Source of the DNA: Squalus acanthias | Lineage: Eukaryota | NCBI GenBank assembly: GCA_030390025.1 | Contig: CM059432.1 | Span: forward strand, 123,320,001-123,384,000 | Length of the DNA: 64,000 bases | Reading direction: 5' to 3' | In this document: positions 24,085 through 37,126 of the stretch, piece after piece | Position numbering within the stretch: the stretch's first letter is position 1 | Layout of the letters: each line of letters opens with the position of its first letter | Translations under genes and position numbers: made by a program | Notes under the pieces: model-generated | What the model was told of the DNA's origin: nothing | The model's database searches: none | The model's input: only the letters and a program-made list of their open reading frames with translations

Positions 24085-24920
24085 GTATCAACTTCCATCA
24101 ACTACATCAACTTCCATGGATTCAGTTTTAGTATCCCTTCTATCTATCAGCATTGGCAACTCAGCAGTGGAAATTAACGCGAAATAACCATTTAATACCT
24201 CAGCCATATCCAGGGACTTCACCCAAATTTGCCCTGCAGAATCTCTCAAAGGCAGTATGCAATCCTTGATCACTCTCCAACTCCTAACATAACTAAAAAG
24301 GACCTTGCTATCACTACCACACCTTTCCACAATCTAATATTCCATTGCTCTTTTGGTCAATCTGATAAAATAATTTGTTACTTTCAATGGAGCCTTATGC
24401 CTGTCCCTATTCTCTTGACAGCTATTTTCCTTCTATCTGGTAAAATACATCTGCTTTAGTTAAATTTACCTTTGAACATCACCATTAAGCCATTTTGGTT
24501 TTGCTTTATCATGTACCTGCCTTTTAAGCTGAGGGATAGACATGACTTCCTTGTGCGTGAATAAGGCTTTAAAATCACTCTGGTTAGGAATTTCTCAGAG
24601 ATGCTCCCACTCCACTGCCTTAACTTCACTGGAAGATGGAGCAGCTCTGAAGAAATTTTCATCTGTACTGCAGTTATCCCCATCGAGTAGCATCCCCCAC
24701 TCAACCTTACCCAAATTCAAAATTTCTCAAATTTAGCCTTCCTATAATTTGGCACTAGCCTTAATAATTTGCAACAATAGCTTGGCTGATTAACATAAAT
24801 ATGATGATGTTACGACCATTGATGTTCCCCCACACAGAGGTCCGATACTATCTCAGAGTCACCGGTTCAAGGATTAAGCCTGGTAACTATTTTGCTTAGC
24901 ATCTACTCTAATAGGCTGTC
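24085..24920 (-). mobile_element. Highly decayed CR1 ORF2 fragment
   Basis: MAEVLNGYFALIST and KVLFSYVRS motifs. Confidence 0.55.
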
Positions 24921-25092
24921 ATAAGAAAACAATTGTTACTATGTTCCACAGATGGTTCAGCTTTACTTCCTCTGATGCTTGGCTGATCACTATCAGACCA
25001 CTGAATCATAGGGTAACCACCTAGTTCTGTAGCCTTTCTAATTGTTGCACAATGTGACTTGTACTGATCAGGCCCTTGACCGGGAGGCCTAA

Positions 25093-25345
25093 ACAACAAC
25101 AACTTGTATTTATATAGCGCCTTTAACGTAGTAAAACGTCCCAAGGCGCTTCACAGGAGTATTTTGTAAGACAAAATATTTGACACCGAGCCACATAAGG
25201 AAAAATCAGGGCAGGTGACCAAAAACTTGGTCAAAGAGGTAGGTTTTAAGGAGCGTCTTAAAGGAGGGGAGAGAGGTAGCGAGGCGGAGAGGTTTAGGCA
25301 GGGAATTCCAGAGCTTAGGGCCTAGGCAACAGAAGGCACGGCAGG
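25093..25345 (-). mobile_element. L2 LINE 3' end
   Basis: RAFCCLGPKLWNSLPKPLRLATSLPSFKTLLKTYLF; (caa)n tail on the + strand. Confidence 0.85.
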
Positions 25346-25721
25346 TACCATTGATCAAAATAGGACCAACCACTTGATCCAGATGCATCCAGACTGCTTC
25401 AGCTCCACCCTGCAAACCAATATGGTCTCTCAATAACAATTAACTCCTCCTTAATAAACAAAGCTACACACCCTCCTTTCTATCCTATCCTATCCTTTTG
25501 GGATCCCTTATAACCCTTTAAATAAAATTCAATCCCATTGTTTGCTTCCATGTACCAGTGACGTTACTAACATCTTATTGCTCATAGTGGGATATGACTG
25601 TAATACTAATATTTTATTTATAGGACTTAAAAGCATTAGCATAAAAACATTTTAAGGCTTAATTATCAAAAGCAAATTAAGATGGGGAAAGACACTCTGT
25701 GTATTTATCTTTCTCAATCTC

Positions 25722-27200
25722 CGGCCGGAGTTTTCCGGGGGGGGTGGTGAGGGGTGGTGGGGGCGGGGGGGGGGGTGTGGCGGGACTCAGCGGGTGGGAC
25801 TGGTGGCGGGTCAGGTGGGAAATCTGATATTTTTGACAGTGGGTCGGGACCAATGACGGCTGAAGGGAGAGGAGGAGGCTAGAGTTGAAGGATCGAAGGG
25901 TGCAGGAGGGGCTATAGCGTCAGAGATGGGGAGAGAAATAGGGTGGGGTGGGGCCATGAAGAGGTGAAAGAGCAAATCCTTCTTTCCTTAAAAGTAATCA
26001 AGAACAGAGTGAGTAACTCGAGGGCACTCTTCAGCATCTCTGAGCAGTTGATTACAGAGCATCATAGGTAGAGACCTGGGTGAAAGTCCCTTTCCTGCAC
26101 TCATGGCCACGAAATAGTGGATCAAGTTAGGGACAATAAACTGAGGAGGGATAGTTATACCGTTCTTTGTTTTTTTTGAAATGTTGGAGTTGATAATTTC
26201 ACTGCTGTAAAATTATTCTAGTGTCATCCCACCGCCACGCGCCTGTCCCGATGTCGGGTTTGTCAGTGCTGAGCAGACCCAACAGGCAGCGGCGGGCGAT
26301 CCAATTCAGGTAATTAGTGGCTTGTTTAGAGCCACTTAAGAATGATTTTCAGCTCACCTTTTTCATGTGACAGCTCACCCACGGGGTCCACTGGTCATGG
26401 ACCACGTCTGTCAAGCTGAGGCGGGAGTTCAGTGGTCATTGAATCAGCTGATGAGATGACAGTTTCAAATGTCACGTCAAAGCTCCAACCTGACTGATAT
26501 TCACTTTCCTCAGGCAAAAGATTTTTCTCACTCCATTTCCAGCACACATTCTGCAGGCTTTCCACTTTCTGCTCTCCAACCACTCTCACCTCATTGAAAG
26601 AACTCTCTCACCATTGACAGAATGCTTCTGTCATCTCTACTTCACCTGCCATCTATTCCATCAACATGGGTGCCCTTTATACTCTCTCACCTTGGTCCTC
26701 AGAATCCCACCACGATCAGCCCCAACACCAGCAGCAACAGGCACACCAGCAGCACCAACAACAACACCAACCTTCTCCACAATCACCTGATGCTGCACAG
26801 GACAGAGGGCATCAGCACCCGACCACATTGCTGCCCGGGAGGCCAGGGATGGCCTCACCATGGCCAGATTTACTTCACTTGACGCTGTATGCCCTGGCAG
26901 CCACATGATGTGCCCGGTTGGCACCACACCACACCAACACCATAAAGAATCCCAGCAATGCCCAAACCATTCCTTTCACACTCCCCACCATTGCGGGGGG
27001 TACCGTTATGTCTCACCATTTACTGCAACTCACTAAGCCACTTTCAAAGGTGCACACAAATCTGTCTAAGAACGCAAAGTGTTGAAAATAAAGGTTTCAA
27101 TGTCTGACAGCACATTAACAGAAACTTTACATGAACATTGCATAAACCATCCAAGTGCCTACCCTTCTGTGTTGTTAGTTGGTATGATTGCACTAGGATG
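25722..27200. mobile_element. Probable internally deleted Harbinger-like element
   Basis: Family-like end ggccggagttttcc. Low-complexity Q/H-rich segment followed by ARDGLTMARFT, resembling a transposase C-terminus. Confidence 0.35.
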
Positions 27201-27202
27201 AG

Positions 27203-28690
27203 GTTGGCAAACGGTAACTAGTGGGGTGCCACAGGGATCGGTGCTGGGGCCTCAACTATTTACAATCTACATTAATGACTTGGATGAAGGGACCGAGTGT
27301 AATGTAGCCAAGTTTGCAGATGATACAAAGATGGGTGGGAAAGCAAGTTGTGCAGAGGACTCAAAGAATCTACAAAGGGATATAGACAGGCTAAGTGAGT
27401 GGGCAAACATTTGGCAGATGGAGTATAATGTGGGAAAGTGCGAGGTTATCCACTGTGGCAGGAAAAATAAAAAAGCAAATTATTATTTAAATGGAGAGAG
27501 ATTACAAAATGCTACAGTTCAGAGGGACCTGGGGGTCCTTGTGCATGAAACACAAAAAGGTAGCATGCAGGTACAGCAAGTAATCAAAAAGGCAAATGGG
27601 ATGTTGGCCTTTATTGCAAGGGGATTGGAGTATAAAAGCAGAGAAGTCCTGCTACAACTGTACAGGGTATTGGTGAGACCACACCTTGAGTTTTGGTCTC
27701 CTTATTTAAGGAAGGATATACTTGCATTGGAGGCAGTTCAGAGAAGGTTCACCAGGTTGATTCCTGAGATGAGGGGTTTGACTTGTGAAGAAAGGTTGAG
27801 CAGGTTGGGCCTATACTCATTGGAATTCAGAAGATTGAGAGGTCATCTTATTGAAACACGGTGGCATAGTGGTTAGCACTGGTGCCTCACAGCGCCAGGG
27901 ACCCGGGTTCGAATCTGGCCTCGGTGACTGTCTGTGTGGAGTTTGCACATTCTCCCCGTGTCTGCGTGGGTTTCCTCCGGGTGCTCCGGTTTCCTCCCAC
28001 AGTCCAAAAATGTGTGGGTTAGGTTGATTTGGCTATGATAAATTGACCCTTAGTGTTAGGGGGGGGATTAAATATGTGGGGTTACGGGGATAGGATGGGC
28101 TATGTTAGGGGGAATTAAATACGTGGGGTTACGGGGATAGGGTGGGATATGTGTCGGTGCAGGCTCGATGGGGATTCTGTGTGAGAAAGCAGGGACAGGG
28201 TACTGGATTTGGATGATCAGCCATGATCGTATTGAATGGTGGAGCAGGCTTGACGGGCCGAATGGCCTACTCCTGCTCCTAGTTTCGATGTTCTATGTTT
28301 CTATGAAACATATAAGATACTGAGGGGGCTCGACAAGGTAGATGCAGAGAGGACGTTTCCCCTCATGGGGAAATCTAGAACTTGGGGGCATAGTTTCAGA
28401 ATAAAGGGTCGCCCTTTTAGAACTGAGATGAGGAGGAATTTCTTCTCTCAGAGGGTTGTAAATCTGTGGAATTCTCTGCCCCAGAGAGCCGTGGAGGCTG
28501 GGTCATTAAATACATTTAAGGTGGAGATAGACAGATTTTTGCAAGATAAGGGAGGGAAGGATTATGGGGAGCGGGCAGGGAAGTGGCTTTGAGCCCAAGA
28601 TCAGCCATGATCTTATTGAATGGTGGAGCAGGCTCGAGGGGCCAAGTGGCCTATTCCTGCTCCTATTTCTTATGTGCTTATGTTCTTATG
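27203..28690 (+). mobile_element. CR1 LINE RT and 3' end, interrupted by a V-SINE
   Basis: PQGSVLGPQLFTIYINDLD and KFADDTK motifs; the CR1 sequence continues after 28310 to a (ttcttatg) tail. Confidence 0.92.
27859..28303 (+). mobile_element. V-SINE (HE1-like), tRNA head with CR1-derived tail
   Basis: A box TGGCATAGTGG, B box GGTTCGAATC, V-domain gtttgcacattctccccgtgtctgcgtgggtttcctccgggtgctccggtttcc; TGAAACA TSD at 27852-27858 and 28304-28310. Confidence 0.85.
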
Positions 28691-28691
28691 T

Positions 28692-31560
28692 TAATGTAAG
28701 GCCCAGTCTCTCGTACGCTTCAGTGAAGGAGTCAACGATGGTTTGGAGTTCGGCCTCCGTGTGTGCACAAACACAAGCGTCTGCTTACTGTAATTCAATA
28801 ACAGAGGTTGGGACAATCTTGGTTCTGAACTGAAGGCGATGGAGATTGTACAATTTCCCATTCATCCTGTAGATTAGCTTCACTCCGGCGGGAAACTTGT
28901 TAGAGGTGAGATGAAGTATTGCAGTGAGAAAGATTGAGAAGAGTGTTGGTGCAATGACACAGCCTTGCTTGACCCCGGTCTTCACTTGTATTGGGTCTGT
29001 GATGGATCTGTTAGTAAGGATCACGGCTTGCATGTCATCGTGGAGCAGACGGAGGATGGTAACGAATTTTTGAGGACAGCTAAATTTGAGAAGGACACTC
29101 CATAATCCCTCTTGGTTGACAAGAGTTGAAGGCCTTTGTGAGGTCAAAAAAGGCCTTGTACAGAGGTTGATGCTGCTCCATACATTTTTCTTGGATTTGT
29201 CGCACAGTGAAAATCATGTCCATTGTGCCTCTTAGTGGGCAGAATCCGCATTGTGACTCTGGGAGGAGCTCTTCAGCCACTGGGAGGGGACGATTGAGGA
29301 GTATTCTTGCAATGACTTTCCCCTGTGGCAGACAACAGGGAAACACCTCTGTAATTACTGCAATCGGACTTGTCTCCTTTCTTGAAGATGGTCACGATTA
29401 CGGCGTCTCTGAAATCCCCTGGCATGCTCTCCTCCTTCCAGATAAGAGAGATAAGATCATGGATTTGTGCCAACAGTACCTCTCCGCCATGCTTTAGTAC
29501 TTTGGCGGGGATTTCATCTGCTCCGGAAGTCTCGTTGTTTTTCAGCTGTCGGATGGCCGAGATAGTGGCAGATAGCATGCTGTGGGATGGAGTTAAGGAC
29601 ACTCACGTCGAAGACGGAGTCTTGGTTGAGGAGATCTTCGAAGTGCTCCTTCCAGCGGGCACCGACTGCCTATCTGTCCTTGATGAGCACCTAGCGCGAT
29701 AGGTCCTTGGGTGCTTGGGCCGTAGATGGTCTTGACTGCGCTGAAGAATACACGCATGCCATGGTTGTCGGCTAGTTGCTGGATCTCCTGCACTCTTTGC
29801 ACCCACCATCTGTTCTTTACGTCATGAGTTTTATTTGGACCTCGGCCTTCCACGGGCAACACGGTGGCATAGTGGTTAGCACTGGTGCCTCACAGCGCCA
29901 GAGACCCGGGTTCGAATCTGACCTCGGGTGACTGTCTGTGTGGAGTTTGCACATTCTCCCCGTGTCTGCGTGGGTTTCCTCCGGGTGCTCCGGTTTCCTC
30001 CCACAGTCCAAAAATGTGTGGGTTAGGTTGATTTGGCTATGATAAATTGACCCTTAGTGTTAGGGGGGATTAAATATGTGGGGTTATGGGGATAGGATGG
30101 GATATGTTAGGGGGAATTAAATACGTGGGGTTACGGGGGTAGGGTGGGATATGTGTACTGTGGGGATTAAAGTAGGGACAGGGTACTGGATTTGGATGAT
30201 CAGCCATGATCGTATTGAATGGCGGAGCAGGCTCGACGGGCCGAATGGCCTACTCCTGCTCCTAGATTCTATGTTTCTATGTTTCAGTTGTCTGTAATAA
30301 ATCTGTCTTCTTTCCCTCAAGTTGTGATGATGTTTCCAATTCAAGAATGCATTACGTTTACGATTTATTAGCTCCTGGATCTCCTGGTCATTCTCATTAA
30401 ACCAGTCTTGATGTTTTCTGGTAGAATAACCAAGAGTCTATTTGCAGGTGCTAATTATGGTGGACTTCAGGGCAGATCAGGCACTATGGACACTCTGCGG
30501 CTCCGGTTCATTGGGAGTCGTCAGGTTAGCTGTGAGGCGTTGACTGAATAGGGCTTTCTTTTCAGGGTCTTTGAGTCCATCAGCATTGATTTTTCTGTGG
30601 CAGCGTTTCTGTTGTTGCCGCCATTTTAAGGCTAGGTTGATGGAGATAACAGAACAGATTAGGCGGTGGTCAGTCCAGCAGTCGTCAGCTCCTGTCATGG
30701 CGCGGGTGATGCGGACATCCTTGCGGTCTCTCGCTTGGATGATGACGTAGTCCAACAGATACCAATGCCTAGTGCGAGGGTGTTGCCATGAGGCCTTGTA
30801 CTTATCTCTCTGACGAAACAAGGTGTTGGTTATGACAAGACCATGTTCTAAGCATTTCGTCAGGAGAAGGATTCCATTGGAGCTGGTTTTCCCTACTCCT
30901 TCCCTGCCAATCACACCTCTCCAGAGGTTTGTGTCCTTTCTAACTCTGGCATTAAAATCGCCAAGAAGAATCAGCTTGTCACCCGTTGGAACTCAGGACA
31001 GGGATTGTTCAAGGCTGGAGTAGAATTCCTCTTTGGCCTCGTCTGTAGCTTCCAGGGTTGGGGCGTATACACTGAGAACCGTAGTGTACTGATTCTAGGT
31101 TAGAGTGAGCCGAAGGGCTATGAGGCGTTCGGTTATCCCACAAGGGGAATCTCTAAGATGCCAAACTTGCTCATTTTTGATGGAGACGGCGTTCCTCCTC
31201 TGGTTTGCCTTTCCAGAAGAAGGCGTATCCACCACCTTGTTCCTTGAGCTGGCCTTCTCCTGTCTGCCGTGTCTCGCTCAGGGCTGGCGATGTCGTTGTC
31301 GAAGCATCTGAGATCCCGGGCTATGATAGCGGTGCGACGTTCCGGTCTGTCGCTGTTGGGGTTGTCCATGAGGGTCCTGACGTTCCAGGTCCCAAACTTC
31401 ATTTTAAAGGGGTGGAAGATGCCTGTGCGTGAATTCTTTTAACGTGGGGTGGCCATTGCACACCAGCCACCACACGAACTTGACAGAGCAAGGTCTTGGT
31501 CCAATGGCAAGGAAACCCAGGACAATTGGAGACCAGGTTTTCCTGCATGGGCCATGCAGC
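28692..31560 (-). mobile_element. RTE-clade LINE (AP endonuclease plus RT), 5' region present, 3'-truncated, decayed
   Basis: MKFGTWNVRTL, DCWTDHRLI, LPESQCGF..RGTMDMIF and GVKQGCVIAPTLFSIF motifs. Confidence 0.9.
29852..30282 (+). mobile_element. V-SINE (HE1-like) inserted in the RTE
   Basis: Near-identical to 27859-28303; the RTE frame resumes on both sides. Confidence 0.85.
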
Positions 31561-32107
31561 AGAACTGTCTAAATAACACTAATTATCAGGTGAGATAATT
31601 AGAAGGGGTTGTTTGCTTCAAAATTCAATTTTTTTAATTCAATGAGGAAAAGCACTTTCTCTCTAAGCTTACTCAGCTTTTTGACATTTATAGACACAAA
31701 ATAAAAGCTTCAACAGACATGCAATCAGTTGTCTTTCTTTTTTCCTCACTCACAAACACACAGCCGCTCTGTTTCAATTAAGACACTCAATATAAACTTT
31801 ACCTGAACAAAGAGTTTGAAATTTGTCCTCCACCTTTTCTTCAAATAATTTTGAAGAACCTTTGAGCAGAAATTGCTAGAAGCTAAAGAGAAAAAATGCA
31901 TCGGTACAGCTGACTGAGCAGCTCTAGTGCATCCTGAGATAAAAAGGTACACCGCACGTGCTCAGACTGCACAATTCAATATCAGATCACCGAGTCACAG
32001 ATCTGGGCAAAAATATCAGGTGAAACCCAGGCTTTTAGAAGAGGTTGAGGCCTTCAGGTGAAAACTTTAATGAAGACACTGAAAGCCACAAACACCTGGG
32101 GAATCTG

Positions 32108-34035
32108 CAACACAGGACTACATGCATGCTAAAAAGCAGAAGCAGCATGCTATAGACAGAGCTAAGCGATCCCATAATCAACGGATCAGATCAAAGCTCT
32201 GAAGTCCTGCCACATCCAGTCGTGAATGGTGGTGGACCATTAAACAACTAACAGGAGGAGGAGGATCCATGAATATCCCCATCCTCAATGATGGTGGAGC
32301 CCAGCACGTGAGTGTAAAAGACAAGGCTGAGCGTTTGCAACCATCTTCAGCCAGAAGTGCCGAGTGGATGATCCATATCGGCCTCCTCCTGAGGTACCCA
32401 CCATCACAGAAGCCAGTCTTCAGCCATTTCGATTCACTCCACGTGATATCAAGAAACGGCTGCACGCACTGGATACAGCAAAGGCTATGGGCCCTGACAA
32501 CAACCCGGCGATCGTGCTGAAGACTTGTGCTCCAGAACTAGCCGCGCCTCTAGCCAAGCTGTTCCAGTACAGCTACAACACTGGCATCAACCGACAATGT
32601 GGAAAACTGCCCAGGTATGTCCTGTCCACAAAAAGCAGGATAAATCCAATCCGGCCAATTACCGCCTCATCAGTCTACTCTCAATCATCAGCAAAGTGAT
32701 GGAAGGTGTCATCGACAGTGCTATCAAGCGGTAATTACTCACCAATAACCTGCTCACTGATGCCCAGTTTGGGTTCCGCCAAGACCACTCGACTGCCGAG
32801 CTCAGTACAGCCTTGGTCCAAACATCGACAAAGGAGCTGAATTCCAGAGGAGAAGTGAGAGTGACTGCCCTTGACATCAAGGCAGCATTTGACCGAGTGT
32901 AGCATCAAGGAGCCCTAGTAAAATTGAAGTCAATGGGAATCGGGGGGAAAACCCTCCACTGGCTGAAGTCATACCTAGCACAAAGGAAGATGGTTGTGGT
33001 GATTGAAGGTTAATCATCACAGCCCCAGGACATCACTGCAGGAGTTACTCAGGGCAGTGTCTAGGCCCAACCATTTTCAGCTGCTTCATCAATGACCTTC
33101 CCTCCAACATAAGGTCAGAAATGGGGATGTTTGCTGATGACTGCACAGTGTTCAGTGCCATTCACAACTCCTCAGATAATGAAGCAGTCCATGCCCGCAT
33201 GCAACAAGACCAGGACGACGTTCAGGCTTGGGCTGATAAGTGGCAGGTAACATTCGCGCCACAGAAGTGCTAGGCAATGACTATCTCCAACAAGCAAGAG
33301 TCTAACCACCGTCCCTTGACATTCAATGGCATTACCATCGCCGAATCCCCCACCATCAACATCCTGGGGTCACCATTGACCAGAAACTTAATTGCACCAA
33401 CCACATAAATACTGTGGCAACAAGAGCAGGTCAGAAGCTAGGTATTCTGTGGCGAGTGTCTCACCTCCTGACTCCCCAAAACCTTTCTACCATCTACAAG
33501 GCACAAGTAAGGAGTGTGATGGAATACTCTCCACTTGCCTGGATGAGTGCAGCTCCAACAACACTCAAGAAGCTCGACACCATCCAGGACAAAGCAGCCC
33601 GCTTGATTGGCAACCCATCTGCCACCTTAAATATTCACTCCCTCCACCACCGGCATACCGTGGCCGCAGTGTGTACCATCTACAAGATGCACTGCAGCAA
33701 CTCGCCAAGGCTTCTTCGGCAGCACCTCCCAAACCCGCGACCTCTACCACCTAGAAGGACAAGGGCAGCAGGTTCATGGGAACACCAGCTCCTCCAAATT
33801 CCCCTCCAAGTCACACACCATCCTGACTTAGAAGTATATCGCCGATCCTTCATCGTCGCTGGGTTAAAATCCTGGAACTCCCTACCTAACAGCACTGTGG
33901 GAGTACCTTCACCACACGGACTGCAGCGGTTCAAGAAGGCGGCTCACCACCACCTTCTCAAGGGCAATTAGGGATGGGCAATAAATGCTAGCCTTGCCAG
34001 CGACGCTCACATCCCATAAATGAATTTAAAAAATT
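32108..34035 (+). mobile_element. 5'-truncated copy of the CR1/L2-group LINE also found at 52942-56216
   Basis: KAMGPDN, NPANYRLISLL, FADD and YKAQVRSVMEYSPLAW motifs; 3' UTR and A-rich tail. Confidence 0.9.
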
Positions 34036-35148
34036 CAATGAATAACTTCTTTTGAAATATGTAAAAAAATTTTTTTTAATAAATTGTTTTGACCCTTTTT
34101 TTGTTGGACATTACTGAGGAAATAAATGATGATGGAAAAAATATCAGAAAGCATTTTGAGCAATTTGTGGGAACCCTGTGGTCAGATTTGGGAATCACAG
34201 TAACAAGTTTACATATGCAAAGTTCATTATAGATGTTGATATTGGAATTTATCTTGGGAAAATGTTGACAAAAAAAGTATGACAAAACCATGACAACAGG
34301 AAGTCGTGTTGTACAGACATGAAATGCAGCCCTTTTTTCCAATCAGTGTCATTTTAACACCAATGGGAACTTATTTAAAGTAATGTAGGTTTGAAAGTAA
34401 TGCTGATCAGAATATCCAGGCTTGTGCTATTTTTCAATATCATATTCCATTAAGGCAACTCATTTTTTTTGAGACGGTAACATTTAATACAATTGTTAAG
34501 TTGCCGCAGTGCTAGTTGTTTTAAATGCATACAGTGAAGAAATAACGGATGAATTTGGTTTAATAAAGACCAAATACAGGATAAATGTTGCCAGACCTCA
34601 TGCCATGGGCAGAGCCTTGCAGGCAGCAGTCAGGGTTTGCAACGTGCCCACGATTTTCTGCTCACTGAACTCCATGCATGTGACTGAACTTTCCAATTCA
34701 TCCATGGTCAAAGGAATCCCGAGAGTCGAACGAGGTCAAGTGCCTCACTGAGCTCTGCGCATTTTCAATTATTGAGATTTACGCTCAGTCTGACAATGCC
34801 ATACGTAGGGATTTTGCATACGTCATTTTTACAGGGGAACGTGTCAAAAAATAAGAAGACGGTCGTGAAGTTAGCTTAAAATCTAGTGCCATTTTCTCAA
34901 GTCATCAATGTGCCAAGTTAGTGTTAACAGTCTGATGAATGGACAGCGCTGCTCCCCACTGCTAGTGCAGTATGGCGATTAAATACATACAAAACGGATT
35001 AGACTTCTGAATAGTGATGGTGGACAACCCACTAACCATGCCAAATATGGCCAAGGTGCAAAATATACATTACACAGCCAATCAATAAGCAACAGAAAAC
35101 GCTGGAAAAACTCAGCAGGCCAGGCAGCATCCGTGGAGAGAGAAAGAG

Positions 35149-35185
35149 AGTTGACGTTTCAGGTCGATGACCTTTCATCAGAACT
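35149..35185 (-). ncRNA. Minimal type I hammerhead ribozyme (mirror copy)
   Basis: Exact reverse complement of 36741-36777. Confidence 0.8.
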
Positions 35186-35968
35186 GGGAAGAGCTGGAAA
35201 TCAAATAGATTTAAGGCCAGGGTAAAGCTGGGAAAAGGGGGAGGGGATAAAGGAACAAAGGAGGAGATGAAGAGACATTAAGAGACATTAAGAGATATGC
35301 AAGGCTAGAGGTGGTGTTAATGTGACAGATTAAGGCTGAATGAAGTGTGAAATCTACTGGCAGAATGAAGGACAGCTGCCAGCTTCTAGGAGGAAAAAAA
35401 AGGTGGGGGGGACAAATAAAAGGGTAGATAAAATAAAATATAAATGTGATTGGAGCTGAGGTTATGATCTAAAATTGTTGAACTCGATATTGAGTCCAGA
35501 GGGCTGTAGCGTGCCTAAACGAAAGATGAGGTGCTGTTCCTCGAGCTTACGCTGAGCTTCCGTGGAACAGTGTATTAGGCCGAGGACGGTGAGGTCAGAG
35601 TGGGAGTGAAGCGGTGAATTAAAGTGACAGGCCACCGGGAGCTCGGGGTCCCCCTTACGGACTGAACGGAGGTGTTCCGCAAAGCGGTCACCCAATCTGC
35701 GTTTGGTCTCCCCAATGTAGAGGAGTCCACATCGTGAGCAGCGAATACAGTATACTAAATTGCAGGAAGTACAAGTAAATCGCTGTTTCACCTGGAAGGG
35801 GTGTTTGGGGCCCTGGACAGTGGGAAGAGGGGAGGTATAAGGGCATGTGTTGCATCTCCTGCGCGTGCACGGGAAGGTGCCAGGCGAAGGGGAAGGGGTG
35901 CTGGGGGTGGTAGAGGAGTGGACTAGGGTGTCGCGGAGGGAGCGGTCCCTGCGGAATGCTGAATGGGG

Positions 35969-36464
35969 ATTCCGCAGGGACCGCTCCCTCCGCGACACCC
36001 TAGTCCACTCCTCTACCACCCCCAGCACCCCTTCCCCTTCGCCTGGCACCTTCCCGTGCACGCGCAGGAGATGCAACACATGCCCTTATACCTCCCCTCT
36101 TCCCACTGTCCAGGGCCCCAAACACCCCTTCCAGGTGAAACAGCGATTTACTTGTACTTCCTGCAATTTAGTATACTGTATTCGCTGCTCACGATGTGGA
36201 CTCCTCTACATTGGGGAGACCAAACGCAGATTGGGTGACCGCTTTGCGGAACACCTCCGTTCAGTCCGTAAGGGGGACCCCGAGCTCCCGGTGGCCTGTC
36301 ACTTTAATTCACCGCTTCACTCCCACTCTGACCTCACCGTCCTCGGCCTAATACACTGTTCCACGGAAGCTCAGCGTAAGCTCGAGGAACAGCACCTCAT
36401 CTTTCGTTTAGGCACGCTACAGCCCTCTGGACTCAATATCGAGTTCAACAATTTTAGATCATAA
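35969..36464 (+). CDS. Penelope GIY-YIG endonuclease domain (5'-truncated, uninterrupted); mirror copy at 35462-35968 on the minus strand
   Basis: PCTRRRCNTC...NLVYCIRCSRCGLLYIGETKRRLGDRFAEH...VACHFN...RKLEEQHLIFRLGTLQPSGLN. Confidence 0.85.
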
Positions 36465-36740
36465 CCTCAGCTCCAATCACATTTATATTTTATTTTATCT
36501 ACCCTTTTATTTGTCCCCCCCACCTTTTTTTTCCTCCTAGAAGCTGGCAGCTGTCCTTCATTCTGCCAGTAGATTTCACACTTCATTCAGCCTTAATCTG
36601 TCACATTAACACCACCTCTAGCCTTGCATATCTCTTAATGTCTCTTAATGTCTCTTCATCTCCTCCTTTGTTCCTTTATCCCCTCCCCCTTTTCCCAGCT
36701 TTACCCTGGCCTTAAATCTATTTGATTTCCAGCTCTTCCC

Positions 36741-36777
36741 AGTTCTGATGAAAGGTCATCGACCTGAAACGTCAACT
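36741..36777 (+). ncRNA. Minimal type I hammerhead ribozyme
   Basis: AGUU-CUGAUGA-A-AGGUC(AUC)GACCU-GAAA-CG-UC-AACU: conserved core, stems I and II, vestigial stem III. Confidence 0.8.
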
Positions 36778-37126
36778 CTCTTTCTCTCTCCACGGATGCT
36801 GCCTGGCCTGCTGAGTTTTTCCAGCGTTTTCTGTTGTTATTTCGGATTTCCAGCATCTGCAGTATTTTGCTATCCAATCAATAAGCAACACTTGCATTCA
36901 CACTAAAATAAAGTTAAAATGGAAGGATTGCCCCATTCTATAGGAAAAAGTAATGATCGGAATAATTGCAATGTGCCTTACTGGCATGGAGACTTTTGAA
37001 TCACCTCTTCTGCACTCTTGGCCTCTCCAGTGACACGAAATGCAGACAGACATCATTTCAGTGGAAAGCACCCAATCGTTTGCCATAACTTTGGTGGAGG
37101 ATCGACAGAAACGCTGGAGAAATGTT

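Larger units (their letters stand above)
35090..36873. mobile_element. Penelope-like element as an inverted duplication of its 3' portion
   Basis: Arms 35090-35957 and 35969-36836 are reverse complements; GIY-YIG ORF on both arms; TSD ccaatcaataagcaaca at 35078-35094 and 36874-36890. Confidence 0.92.

Noticed and set aside
27859..27930. tRNA genes at A/B-box sites (also 8852, 29860, 40570, 62673)
   Set aside because: These are SINE heads continuing into SINE bodies; no complete cloverleaf with terminator is evident.
31400..31560. HDV-like ribozyme in the RTE 5' UTR
   Set aside because: Known for some RTE elements, but I could not fold a convincing nested double pseudoknot by eye.
35462..36464. 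Two 205-aa ORFs (35462-36079 minus, 35847-36464 plus) as complete genes
   Set aside because: Their N-terminal ~40 aa are antisense read-through across the palindrome centre. Only the GIY-YIG part is real coding sequence, and RT is absent.
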